Of a stretch of 64,000 nt of DNA, positions 41,238 to 53,919 are shown in pieces. Within the stretch, counting starts at the first letter, position 1, and the number at the start of each line of letters is the position of its first letter. A program made the translations under genes and the position numbers. Under the pieces are notes generated by a model. The model made no database searches. It was given only the letters and a program-made list of their open reading frames with translations, and was not told where the DNA came from. Source of the stretch: Octopus vulgaris (Eukaryota); NCBI GenBank assembly GCA_951406725.2, contig OX597832.1, forward strand, positions 42,656,001 through 42,720,000. Direction: 5' to 3'.

Positions 41238-41601
41238 GTGGAAGTACTCCATCGGTTACGACGAATCAACGGAACAGCCTACTCGTGAAATTAACGTGTA
41301 AGTGGCTGAGCACTCCACAGACACGTGCACCCATAACGTAGTTCTCGGGGATATTCAGCATGACACAGAGAGTGACAAGGCCGGCCCCTTGAAATACAGG
41401 TACAACAGAAACAGGAAGTAAGAGTGAGAGAAAATTGAGGAGAAAGAGTACAGCAGGGTTCGCCACCACCCCCTGCCGGAGCGTCGTGGAGCTTTTAGGT
41501 GTTTTCGCTCAATAAACACTCACAACGCCCGGTCTGGGAATCGAAACCGCGATCCTATGACCGCGAGTCCGCTCCGCTAACCACTGGGCCATTGCACCTC
41601 C
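41238..41601 (-). mobile_element. SINE family C, tail type 3, with 11-bp TSD
   Basis: TSD aatgcgtgact at 41227-41237 and 41602-41612. Confidence 0.92.
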
Positions 41602-42049
41602 AATGCGTGACTAATGACTAAAGGAAATTATTCTAATTGTTGTTCAGTTTGTTCCGCTGAAAGAGCACAGCGGATTAACCATGGAGTCTATATGCTTAAC
41701 CAGTCTAAATGTATATTAATAAATCATGGGCATCTTAATTTATTTACGACTTTTCCACAAACATGCGATATCAGTACTTTAATTAATAAACACACTGCGC
41801 TAATGACTCTATTGATATGCACAAATCCAGCGCCTACTGCTCATCATATATAAATAATTTAAAAAACATTCGCGCGCACCTTCATCCCTTATTTTTTCTC
41901 TCATTTTCAGTCTTTAGTACGGATGAAGTATTACGTTCTTCAAAAGCCTATAATGACCAAACCGAACAAATTGAGGTGTCTTTCACTTCGACACGTAAGG
42001 AGAACACTAGGCTTGAACTACGGGCGTCCCTACTCACAGCAAAGTTTGA

Positions 42050-42236
42050 TAGATCGTTAGCTCCTACACGCATTTTTTTCTCTCCTTGTTTTTTTCTGTG
42101 TATCTTTCTGTCGAAGAGCGTAGGCTCGAAACGTAAACGACTTGTTCTATTTCTATTCCCGAGCGCCATACTAATACATTTGTTTGTTTGTACTCCACCT
42201 GCCTTCGTCTTTTGTTTATTTTCGTAAACCTTCCCG

Positions 42237-42238
<2 letters not shown>
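42050..42238 (+). mobile_element. Family P1 pseudo-LTR with hammerhead motif at 42103-42140
   Basis: tcttt-CTGTCGAA-GAGC-gtag-GCTC-GAAA-CGTA-aacga. The 3' end runs into (TA)n. Confidence 0.65.
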
Positions 42239-42325
<87 letters not shown>

Positions 42326-42337
42326 CAGCGAAACCTG

Positions 42338-42384
<47 letters not shown>

Positions 42385-42387
<3 letters not shown>

Positions 42388-42628
42388 CGAACCCTGCTGT
42401 ACTCTTTCTCCTCAATTTTCTTTCACACTTTCTTCCTGTTTCTGTTGTACCTGTATTTCAAAGGGACAGCCTTGTCACACACCGTGTCACGCTGAATCTC
42501 CCCGAGAACTATGTTAAGGCTAAACGTGTCTGTGGAGTGCTCAGCCACTTACACGTTTATTTCACAAGCAGGCTGTTCCATCGATCGGATCTACTAGAAC
42601 CCTCGGCGTCATAACTGACGGAGTGCCA
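42385..42628 (+). mobile_element. SINE family C body and tail type 3, 5'-truncated
   Basis: Reverse-complement match to 41240-41460. Confidence 0.8.
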
Positions 42629-42717
42629 TTGAGATATGGTTAATGATATTAATTATACTAGAGCTGCTTCTATTTGATATTAACCCCCCACCCCCACACA
42701 AATATACTCAAACACAT

Positions 42718-42885
42718 ATACGACAGGATTCTTTCAGTTTCCGCCTACCAGATTCTCTCACAAGGCTTTGGGTAATCCGGAGGTATAGTAGAAGACACTT
42801 GCTCAGCATAACACCCATTGAGACTGAACACGGAACCATGAGGTTTTGAAGCAAACTCCTTAACACACGGCCAGCCCAGCGCCTA
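42718..42885 (-). mobile_element. SINE family A 5' half, diverged
   Basis: ttctttcagtttccgcctaccagattc...gtagaagacacttgc. Confidence 0.7.
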
Positions 42886-43117
42886 TATACTTATGACATG
42901 TACATACGTAATTGTGCAATTACACACACACACACACATACTGCCTGGTTCCCACTGGGTACAACAGTTTGGAATTCTTTTCTCAAATAACTATTGTGTC
43001 TGCTTTGTTACTGTTCCTTAACGCACACACACACACATACACATTGATATTTATGTCAATGTAGATATGTATATATGCATAAATGCACAAACAGATACGT
43101 GATGTATGTGCCTATGT

Positions 43118-43236
<119 letters not shown>

Positions 43237-43289
43237 TACATATATATACATATATATACATATATATACATGTATATATACATATATAC

Positions 43290-43375
<86 letters not shown>

Positions 43376-44189
43376 ATATATATAAGTGAATGTATATATT
43401 CAAGTACGCTGTAAATAGTTGACCTTTTAATAGTCTATACAAAACCTCAGAATCGCCCGGGTTCAACAGTTTAGAGAACATCAAACTCACAATTACCAAT
43501 ACGCTCACATATTAAACAACCATCTTACTTATACTACCACCACCACCACCACCACCACCGCCGCAGCGGTGGCGGCCGCCGCCACCGTCACCTCCGCTTT
43601 CAATCCAAACACAATGAAATCCCAGCAGACAAAACTGCAAAAGGTTACATTCCGTACTTAACCCGTAGCTAAACACTGCTAACAAAGTTGGGTCACGAAA
43701 CGAGTTTAAGTACAGGGTCTCCTTCTATCGGTAAGTGTCGAATTTAAGGTGTCTTAGGGGGGAGAGTTCCATCTATAACAGAGGTCGGGGAACTTTTTAA
43801 CCAATTACCCTAAAATATATTCATTTATGCTGACGTTACCCCCTTGATTTGAAAATTTAAAAAATTATAGATTCTTTGAATTCAAAACGTTTATTGAATC
43901 TATTTGAAGAATATAATCATAAATATACTAGACTACCCGTGGCCCCTTGGGTCATTGATGGTTCAGGTTATAAAATATCGAAGCTGATTTTAACATTGAT
44001 TTGAAATGAAAGTTAATTTTATAATGATTCAGTTAAATATTTCAGTTCTTTCGTGTCATCATAGGTCTGGTTTAGAAGTTCATGTTTAAGGTTTTATTGA
44101 TAATTTACAGCATCGAATAGAAATAAAACTTTCGGGATAAACTTGAACTCCAGTAAAGGCATTTTGACACTGCTTACGGATTAAACTAT

Positions 44190-44297
44190 TTTGGGGATTA
44201 CATAGACAATATTTTACGTAGAATATGCGTAGTTTCCATGAGCACTATTTTAAAAATTTCTTTCAATTTTGGATTTCCTGATATCTGAACTAGTTAT
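44190..44297 (-). pseudogene. R4/Dong-clade LINE extreme C-terminus
   Basis: Minus strand LVQISGNPKLKEIFKIVLMETTHILRKILSM*, homologous to the end of the element at 21796. Confidence 0.7.
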
Positions 44298-44389
44298 TTA
44301 TGGCATATGTACACACTTCTACAAAAATGCAAAAGGAATTGTTATATAACGTATACATAAAATTAATAGAAACAATTTTTATAGTTTTA

Positions 44390-44702
44390 TATATTCCCAT
44401 TTCAGGGTTGTTACTTATGGAGTATTTTCCCCATTATGCACCGTTTTCGCTATTTATGAAGGTATCTAAAAAAGCAAAAGAAAACCCCCCAAAAGCTAAG
44501 ACCGCGTATCACGGGAATCGGTGGTCTGATTTACGCGAAACTTGTTTTATTCCGTTTGTATTCACATTTCAGGGGTAACTTACTTTCAGAGTATTTTCCG
44601 ATTATGCGCCGGTTTGGTTGTATTAAATTACAGACAAGCACGCACGCAAGCAAACAAGCACGCAAGCAAGCAATCACAGAGTTTTAGCAGTATATAGATA
44701 GA
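44390..44702 (+). mobile_element. Possible Helentron/HINE (Lep1-like) remnant
   Basis: Internal repeat catttcagggg...gagtattttcc...attatgc at about 44397 and 44564, a tetranucleotide microsatellite near the end, and terminal ...tatatagatag. Confidence 0.4.
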
Positions 44703-45037
44703 ATTTAAAAGAAATGCGATAAAATGAAATAATATCCTCATTATGAAATGAAAAGATTTTTCTAGAAACTTTTTCACTTCAGGTCTCGGAGAAATGATAA
44801 TAGTTACAATTACATCAAAATTGGAGCATTTTGATGCCAGAGCAATTTGGATACAGTTTTTGGGGTCCAATTGATAACACTGCTTTGTTTTTATGTCCCT
44901 TAGAGTGGAAATTCCTTGTTTGCAAATGCAGGCTGTTACAAAAGGCAGCAGCTTTTACACTGTCTCCTCATGCCAGAAGAAAAATTTCTATCGTAACAAG
45001 GAACACGATCTTTTAAATATAATTTTACTTATGTCTA

Positions 45038-45431
45038 ATGCTTAGTGGTATTTCGTCTACCGCCACGTTCTGAGTTCAAATTCCGCCGAGGTCGACTTTG
45101 CCTTTCATTCTTTTCGGGGTCGATTAAATAAGTACCAGTTACGCACTGGGGTCAATATAATTGACTTACTCCGTTTTTACTGTCCTTGTTTGTCCTCTCT
45201 GTGTTTAGCCCCTTGCGGGTAGTAAAGAAATAGGTATTTCGCCTGCCGTTACGTTCTGAGTTCAAATTCCGCCGAGGTCGACTTAGCCTTTCATTTTTTT
45301 CGGGGTCGATTAAATAAGTACCAGTTACGCACTGGGTGGGGGTTCAATATAATTGACTTACTCTGTTTGCCTGTCCTTGTTTGTCCTCTCTGTGTTTAGC
45401 CCCTTGCGGGTAGTAAAGAAATAGGTATTTC
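45038..45431 (+). mobile_element. SINE family B head-to-tail dimer
   Basis: Junction gtaaagaaataggtatttc at about 45222 and 45413. Confidence 0.88.
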
Positions 45432-46228
45432 TTCGGATTTTATGAGTTTTGTTCAAATTGCACCGATGTCGACTTTGCTGTTCATCCCTTCGAGGAATTT
45501 CTAAATTTAAGGAATTGATCAGATAAATCTAGACTTCACACTAATCGACTTGGGGACAAATATCATTAGAAAAAAAGATGTAAACCTGGACACCAAAAAT
45601 TCTGTTTTCTTTAACATCAACATTCAGAACAGCTTACTAGATTAGTCGGCCCAACTTACCCTCAGGACGAATCTGATCGAATAGATCCATCTACATTCAA
45701 AGTGGTTCTAAGCACTCCCACACCGTATTTCATTCGAACAGTGAATTCAAGACTTCATTGGCGATGTATCTTACGTGTTTCAAGAAGGTAGAGTGTTTGT
45801 TGTGATGGGAATTTTGTTGCTATTTCTTGCAGTGACGTGACTATTTAGCGACACCCTCTTTGTTTTGTTACTAGTTTAGTATGTTGGTCATTTCTGCTTT
45901 CTGTTGTTCAATTGGATTTTAATTAATTGTGGTGGCACGACTACGTCTAGTATATCAACTACATAGACGCAACGAGTTGCTGTGTAGTTTAGAAGCTCAC
46001 TTTGTAACCATGTGGTTTCATTTACAGTCCCAGAGCGCAATACTCTGCGCATCTGTCTTCTGTTATAGCCATGGGTGAACCACCGTCTCGCGAAGGAATT
46101 TGGCTGACGGGAACTGCATTTGAACTCCCAAACCAAGAAGAGTCGGAGCAAATACGGCAAAACACTCAAAACGAATCATAAGTATTAACCTTGAAATAGA
46201 ATGTCTCTTTTCTTTTCTTTATACACAT

Positions 46229-46278
<50 letters not shown>

Positions 46279-46281
<3 letters not shown>

Positions 46282-46475
46282 AAATAGACAAAAGACGAAG
46301 GCAGGTGGAATACAAACAAACAATTGTATTAGTATGGCGCTCAGGAATATAAATAAAACAAGTCTTTTACGTTTCGAGCCTACGCTCTTCAACAGAAAGA
46401 TACACAGAAAAGAAACACAGAAAGAAACAAGGAGAGAAAAAAAAATGCGTGCAGAGGCTAGCGAATCAACATGGC
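46279..46475 (-). mobile_element. Family P1 pseudo-LTR inside (TA)n, with hammerhead motif at 46363-46400
   Basis: Minus strand tcttt-CTGTTGAA-GAGC-gtag-GCTC-GAAA-CGTA-aaaga. Confidence 0.65.
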
Positions 46476-46499
46476 GATATATATATATATATATATATA

Positions 46500-46585
46500 C
46501 TTTATTTAAAGCAAACAGAAAATTCAACAAAACCTGTTACTCTCAGTTTCCAGTTGCCGTTCATCGGACAGTTTTTAAAGCAGCA

Positions 46586-46590
<5 letters not shown>
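46500..46590 (-). mobile_element. Family P3 fragment with degenerate hammerhead at 46534-46571
   Basis: Minus strand ctgt-CCGATGA-ACGGCAACTG-GAAA-CTGAGAGTA-acag, with (TA)n on both sides. Confidence 0.55.
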
Positions 46591-46644
<54 letters not shown>

Positions 46645-47678
46645 TATATATATATATATATATGTATATAGAAGTATAATGTTTTCTATTTATTGTTTTG
46701 TTGATGGTTCCTAACCTCTTTCTCCTTCATCACAACACCATTCCCGCATCTCGCTCCGGACTTGCTGCCAAAACCTGACAACAAATTAGCTTTATCGATT
46801 AAGGCAAATTGAGAGCTGAATCTAAAACACTGCATGGAGCAATAAATCACATTCTCTGCGCTTCGACATTTCCATTTTGTGGAAGAATTTTTCTGTTCTT
46901 TTATTATTTTTACATGAATATATCTAGAGAATGGCAAAGAATCAGATCAGTGGAATTTGGTCTCTGTAATGGTGACGAGCACAGCGTTGATGCTGGATGA
47001 GATAGATGGGGGTCGATGGTGGTTAAAGGAGAAGCGCGCGGGATTCTTGTTTCTGTTGTTGTTCTGGAACATATTTTGAAGATTGAGTATTAACCTACAT
47101 GGAAATATGAAGAAGAAGAAGAAGAAGAAGAAGAAGAAGAAGAAGAAGAAGAAGAAGAAGAAGAAAACGAAATGGTATCATAGCAACGAAGTACATATTC
47201 AACAGATAGCCATGTATGTGTGGCAGACTTGTGCGATGGTCGGATTGTAAAAAAACTCGTATGCATTGCATGTCTGTCTGTATGTCTGTATGTCTGTATG
47301 TATGTATGTATGTCTGTATGTATGTATGTATGTATGTATGTATGTATGTATGTATGTATGTATGTATGTATGTATGTATGTATGTATGTATGTGTGTGTG
47401 TGTTGTGTGTGTCTGTCTGTGTGTATGTGTATGTATGTGTATGTATGTATGTGTGTGTGCATTATGTATATATCTATATACGTATCTCTATACATACATA
47501 AACATAGACAAAGTCGCATATTTATATGCGTATCAATGTATATGTATATATATATATATAGTTGAAAAGATGTGAAAAACATGAAAAGTGGAAGAGAAAT
47601 GCCTTCGTTTCACATAGTTTAATATCTTTTTATAAAGAAATATATATATATATATGTGTGTGTGTGTGTCTGTGTGTG

Positions 47679-47721
<43 letters not shown>

Positions 47722-47879
47722 TAGAGAAAAACCACTATTATTATTATACTATATATATAAATATATATACATATTTTATGGGATAACTCATAATTTTCCT
47801 ACGTGGTGTATACTGAATCTCCAGTATTTTTGCTCATTTTATATTCATAAATTTCTCTCTCCCGCTCTCTCCCCCCTCT

Positions 47880-47986
<107 letters not shown>

Positions 47987-48039
47987 CTCTCTATATATAT
48001 ATACAGAGAAAGAAAGAGATGTTATTAACGAGCAGATTA

Positions 48040-48452
48040 AAGCAATATATCTCATGGAACATACTTGATAACGATGATTCTTTTTCCCGTCCAGCTCCTG
48101 CTGCGCACATTCGTAAAACATGTTTCCCTGATTTCCCAATCTGGTGCAAATATCTAACAACTGTTGAACAGTAACAATTGATTTTCATTCTGCGAATTCT
48201 CGAGTTGCTTTGTGTGAATCCGATGCAATAACAACTCTCAATTGGTCCTTGTCACTCGCAGAAGGTTGTGCGCGATCTTCCTTATGGCCAAGGCTCTTGA
48301 CTTCTCTACAAAATGTTTGCAAGAAATGTTGAGATATAAATTCGCCGATACCCTCCTGGTCAAGTGCCTCGTTGGTATTGTGGGCAGTTTTGCTCCTTTG
48401 CGTTTTTTTGGACTCGAACAATAAAACTAATCGAATTTGTGTTTTCTACATT
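48040..48452 (-). pseudogene. Mariner transposase N-terminal (HTH) fragment, second family
   Basis: QIRLVLLFESKK...KTAHNTNEAL...DQLRVVIASDSHKATREFAE, then STVVRYLHQIGKS and ELDGKKNHRYQVCS. Confidence 0.8.
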
Positions 48453-48945
48453 TTTATTTGCCGGCCTTTTAGTAAACAACAATAAGCAGTGAAATTAAAC
48501 CCATCTGTATATAAAATGTAATAGTACGTTCCTACCTACCTACTTTTTGGGTTACGCTAAGAGAAGCACCTCAGATAAAGTAAGGAAGGAACAATTGATA
48601 GTTATGTTAATGATGGTGGTGTCAGAGCTGGCTGTGACGTTGGGATAATGGTGAATGGAGATAGATATACAAGGAGAGAGAGAAGACGTGAGAGAGAGAA
48701 TACAAATTAGCATTTATATAAGAAAGGCTGAAAGTGAGAGAGAAAGAGGGGGAGAAAGGGGCAGAGAAAGAAAACATAAGAGAAAAGAAAAGGAAACAGG
48801 AAAAATCAGACAATAAGAGATGATGATGGTATATGGTTTTAGCGGTGACGGTGATAATATTTATTTGTACATTTTTTGTTTATAGTTATAGTAATGATAG
48901 AAAGGTAGTGCTGACTTAACAGTTCTTTGTAGATGTATATATATA

Positions 48946-49358
48946 GGCGCAGGAGTGGTTGTGTGGTAAGTAGCTTGCTAACCAACCACATGGACCCGGG
49001 TTCAGTCCCACTGCGTGGCATCTTGGGCAAGTGTCTTCTGCTATAGCCCCGGGCCGATCAATGCCTTGTGAGTGGATTTGGTAGACGGAAACTGAAAGAA
49101 GCCTGTCGTATATATGTATATATATATAAGTGTGTGTGTATATGTTTGTGTGTCTGTGTTTGTCCCCCTAGCATCGCTTGACAACCGATGCTGGTGTGTT
49201 TACGTCCCCGTCACTTAGCGGTTTGGCAATAGAGACCGATAGAATAAGTACTGGGCTTACAAAGAATAAGTCCCGGGGTCGATTTGCTCGACTAAAGGCG
49301 GTGCTCCAGCATGGCCGCAGTCAAATGACTGAAACAAGTAAAAGAAAAGAGAAAGAGA
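48946..49358 (+). mobile_element. SINE family A, full length
   Basis: Near-identical to 2377-2795. Confidence 0.93.
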
Positions 49359-49632
49359 TATATAAATATTTCTTTATTGCCCATAAGGGGACAAACAAAG
49401 ACAGACAAAGGGATTAAGTCGATTACGTTGCCCCCTAGTGCGTAACTAGTGCTTTATTTATCGACCCCGAAAGGAGGAAAGGCAAAGAGTTTGCGTGCGT
49501 GTGTGTCTGTATGTATCGTGGTTCTTCGAGGTTTATTTCATTTCACTTTCTCCAATCTTTCCCTTTTACCACCTCAACTAACCCTTATCACAGTTTTCTT
49601 TTCCACTTTCTCCCTCTCTCTCCCCCTTCCTC

Positions 49633-49706
<74 letters not shown>

Positions 49707-50011
49707 ATGCCTCAATTTCGCCGTCGTCTCCATCATCACAATAACAATAAACAACCAAATTTCTCAGTTTACACTACTGAAACCTATGGAAATTTCACTG
49801 GTTTCATTTATTAACATAAATCAATAGACGTAAACTTTGGCTTCAAAATGGTATATTACAAGAATATAGTTGCATAAAAGTTTATTCCCAAATAAGCATC
49901 GATGTTTAGAATAATAAAATCAAAATTATTTTTCCACCGATCCGATATATAAATAAAAAATATACACATACATACATATATGTGTGTGTATATATATACC
50001 CATATATGCAC

Positions 50012-50084
<73 letters not shown>

Positions 50085-50292
50085 TGTATATATACATATA
50101 TATGTACGTATGTATATATGCATATATTTATATATTATTTATATCATTATATTATATGATCGAACACCACGCATCCTTTTCCAAGTAAGTTATATATATA
50201 CATATATGCAGACGTAGACATACGTGCATATATATATATACGTATGTATGTATGTATGTATGTAAGTACGTGCGTATATATGTATGTATGTG

Positions 50293-50324
<32 letters not shown>

Positions 50325-51382
50325 CGTAGACATGGAGACAGACATGCATATATGTGTGTATGTATATGTGTGGGGGTGTAAATGAGTGTGTCTGTGGTGG
50401 TGGTGTGGGAGTGAAATCAGATAATGTGCGAATCGCAATAAATTTCGTTGGCGCACCAAGTTGGCAGTTGACTTCCTGTTAACCAGCTTATATAGGAGAG
50501 ACAGTTATGACATAACACAGATTTAAGAGAGAACGTCGCAAGCAGATCAACTCACTCGCCAAACGCTGCTGCACCACCACTAACACCATCGCCACCGCCG
50601 CCATCATACATTGCCGCCGCCGCATCCGCCTCCGCCAGAAGCAGCCACAACCAATAACCTTGGCAGCAGCAACAACACAATCATCGCCACGAAAGACAAA
50701 AGTAAAAACTAAATGACTATACGTTTAGCATAAATAGTCTGCTAGTGGGAATATTCTGGGAGATGAAGATCTGAGATAATATTGCGCTAAATCATTCATT
50801 ATTACATGTTAGAGTGGTGTCTGCTGTTTTGGGGACACATGGATGCGTAATGGGTCTAAAGATGAACAAAAATGCATTTGAATTGAAGCTGCTAATCACT
50901 GCAGAGATACCAGGACTCTGAGCAGGGTTGGCCATTATGCTCGTAACTATGTTTTCCCACAGTCTGTCTTTTAGTTAATAACAGAGAGGAGGTGGGAGGG
51001 AGAGAGGAGGTAAAGAGAAAGGGAAAGATAATGAGAGGGAGAAAAGGCAAAGAATACGATAGAGTGAAAATATCAGAATGACACTGGTTTTCCTTTTTTT
51101 ATAAATCATAAATGACAACAGCAACAACAAACAGTAATACAAGTACGTAATTTCATGCTGTTAGGAAGAAACAGGGAAAGTCTAACGTTTCGAACATTAT
51201 TTCTTCATCAATTAAAATTAATTATTTAGTGCTTCTGCGTGTTTTGTTTGTTTCTATTCCTAAAGCATTTTTGCCTTATTAGTATACGGTTGCAGAAAAA
51301 ATAAAACTTTATATAAAACTGTAATTTAGTATTATTTCATTATGATGATAACAACGACGATGACGAAAACAACAACAACATC

Positions 51383-51457
<75 letters not shown>

Positions 51458-51483
51458 TATTATTATTATTATTAATATTATTA

Positions 51484-51700
51484 AGGTGGCGTGCTGGTAG
51501 AATCGTTAGGACGACGGGCAACATGCTTACTGACATTTCGTCTGCCGTTACGTTCTGAGTTCAAATTCCGCCGAGGTCGACTTTGCCTTTCAACCTTTCA
51601 GGGTGTCGATGAAATAAATACCAGTTACGCACAGGGGTGGATGTAATCAACTATCCCCCTTCCCCCCAAATTTTTAAGGCCTTGTGCCCAGAGTAGAAAT
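51484..51700 (+). mobile_element. SINE family B between (AAT/ATT)n tracts
   Basis: Head aggtggcgtgctggtagaatcgttagg. A second head fragment lies at 51705-51730. Confidence 0.85.
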
Positions 51701-51731
51701 TATTAAGGCGGTGAGCTGACAGTATCGTTAC

Positions 51732-51789
<58 letters not shown>

Positions 51790-51796
51790 ATCATCA

Positions 51797-51835
<39 letters not shown>

Positions 51836-51875
51836 TTTTTTTTTAATTATTACTTTTATTAATTGCAGTACATAA

Positions 51876-52431
51876 ATGCCCTGATGCAGTACCAGGCAGT
51901 GGCTCTCATGGTTTCTGATCTTAACTGATTGGAAGTGTTATCATGTACATTGTTTTGTCTTGGTATAAAAGATGGGCTACAGCAAATATTCTGCTCAATA
52001 CCACAGTTTTGCTTGTCAGTTGTTTGACTATAACCAGTTGAGCATGTCCCTTAGTGGCTGACGATATGTGCATCTCTGATCACGAGCAGAAGTAGTGGGG
52101 GAGCATCATAGCCATGTGTTGAGAGGGATTCTTTGGGGTTTGAATAGTTCACCTCTGGAAACATGGGTGGTTCTTTCAACATCCTTAAACAACCCTTATT
52201 CAGGTTCCTTTTGAGCGGGATGGGCTACTCAACCTGAAGAAAATTCTAACTGGGCCCCACCTGCAAGGTCATGTGCTGTTTATCTTGATATGAGATCACC
52301 ATGTCGCGCACATATGGTTGTGATGCATGTGCCTGGTGTACCCTTATCAGACGGGTAGTCATGATGGGTATATTGGGCTTCGTATATTTTACCCCAGTGT
52401 CACTTTGATGGCATGCACTGCTCTCTCACTC

Positions 52432-52509
<78 letters not shown>

Positions 52510-53244
52510 AAGAAGAAGAAGAAGGCGGAGTAGGAGGAGGAGAAGAAGAAGAAGAAGAAGAAGAAGAAGAAGAAGAAGAAGAAGAAGAAGAAGAAGAAGA
52601 AGAAGAAGAAGAAGAAGAAGAAGAAGAAGAAGAAGAAGATTTTTAAAAGGATTGACGTAACTCTTCACAAAGGTAAACAGTCAAGACGAAGCGCGCGATT
52701 CGATTGTAAGATATTTTATTGGTTGAACGATATTTCGACATTAAGTCTGTCTTTGACAAGTTCAAAATAAGAAGTGATAAAAATTTAAAATTATAGAAAT
52801 TTAAACGTAAAGTATGAATGAGTGCAACTAGCGTCCACACGTTGATGGAATGACATCATCAGTTTTTAAGTTACAACTTTAGAACAAGCTGTTGATGGAA
52901 TGACAACATCAGTTTTTAAGTTACAATTTTATAAAATTTGTAACTTAAAAACTGATGATGTCATTCCATCAACGTGTGGATGCTGGTTGCTCTCGTTAAT
53001 ACTTGACGTTTAAATTTCTATAATTTTGAATTTTTATCACTTCTTATTTTGAACTTGTCAAAGACAGACTTAATGTCGAAATATCGTTTAACTAATAAAA
53101 TATCTTACAATCGAATCGCGCGCTTCGTCTTGACTGTTTACCTTTGTGAAGAGTTACGTCAATCCTTTTAAAAATCTTCTTCTTCTTCTTCTTCTTCTTC
53201 TTCTTCTTCTTCTTCTTCTTCTTCTTCTTCTTCTTCTTCTTCTT

Positions 53245-53316
<72 letters not shown>

Positions 53317-53872
53317 GAGTGAGAGAGCAGTGCATGCCATCAAAGTGACACTGGGGTAAAATATACGAAGCCCAATATACCCATCATGACTACCCGTCTG
53401 ATAAGGGTACACCAGGCACATGCATCACAACCATATGTGCGCGACATGGTGATCTCATATCAAGATAAACAGCACATGACCTTGCAGGTGGGGCCCAGTT
53501 AGAATTTTCTTCAGGTTGAGTAGCCCATCCCGCTCAAAAGGTCCCTGAATAAGGGTTGTTTAAGGATGTTGAAAGAACCACCCATGTTTCCAGAGGTGAA
53601 CTATTCAAACCCCAAAGAATCCCTCTCAACACATGGCTATGATGCTCCCCCACTACTTCTGCTCGTGATCAGAGATGCACATATCGTCAGCCACTAAGGG
53701 ACATGCTCAACTGGTTATGGTCAAACAACTGACAAGCAAATCTGTGGTATTGAGCAGAATATTTGCTGTAGCCCATCTTTTATACCAAGACAAAACAATG
53801 TACATGATAACACTTCCAATCAGTTAAGATCAGAAGCCATGAGAGCCACTGCCTGGTACTGCATCAGGGCAT
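51876..53872. repeat. ~2-kb fold-back palindrome with ~1-kb arms, centre 52931/52932
   Basis: Each arm is a 555-bp repeat, (AAT)n(AAG)n, and a ~250-bp inner module. The arms are reverse complements, and the ORFs at 52327+ and 53421- share an identical N-terminus. Confidence 0.97.
53049..53091 (+). ncRNA. Minimal hammerhead-like motif with U3:A8 covariation and A6U (mirror copy at 52723-52765 on minus)
   Basis: ttgaac-TTGTCAAA-GACA-gacttaa-TGTC-GAAA-TATC-gtt(t/c)aa: 6-bp stem I, 4-bp stem II, palindromic ATAT stem III, AUC triplet. Confidence 0.5.
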
Positions 53873-53919
53873 GCTGGTACTGCATCAGGGCATTATTATT
53901 ATTATTATTATTATTATAT

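Noticed and set aside
43779-44160. hAT-like TIR (cagaggtcgggaac) and possible transposase C-terminus
   Set aside because: No partner TIR was found, and the translation is too degenerate to support a call.
52947-52980. CTGATGA near the palindrome centre as a canonical hammerhead
   Set aside because: No stem II closed by GAAA follows it.
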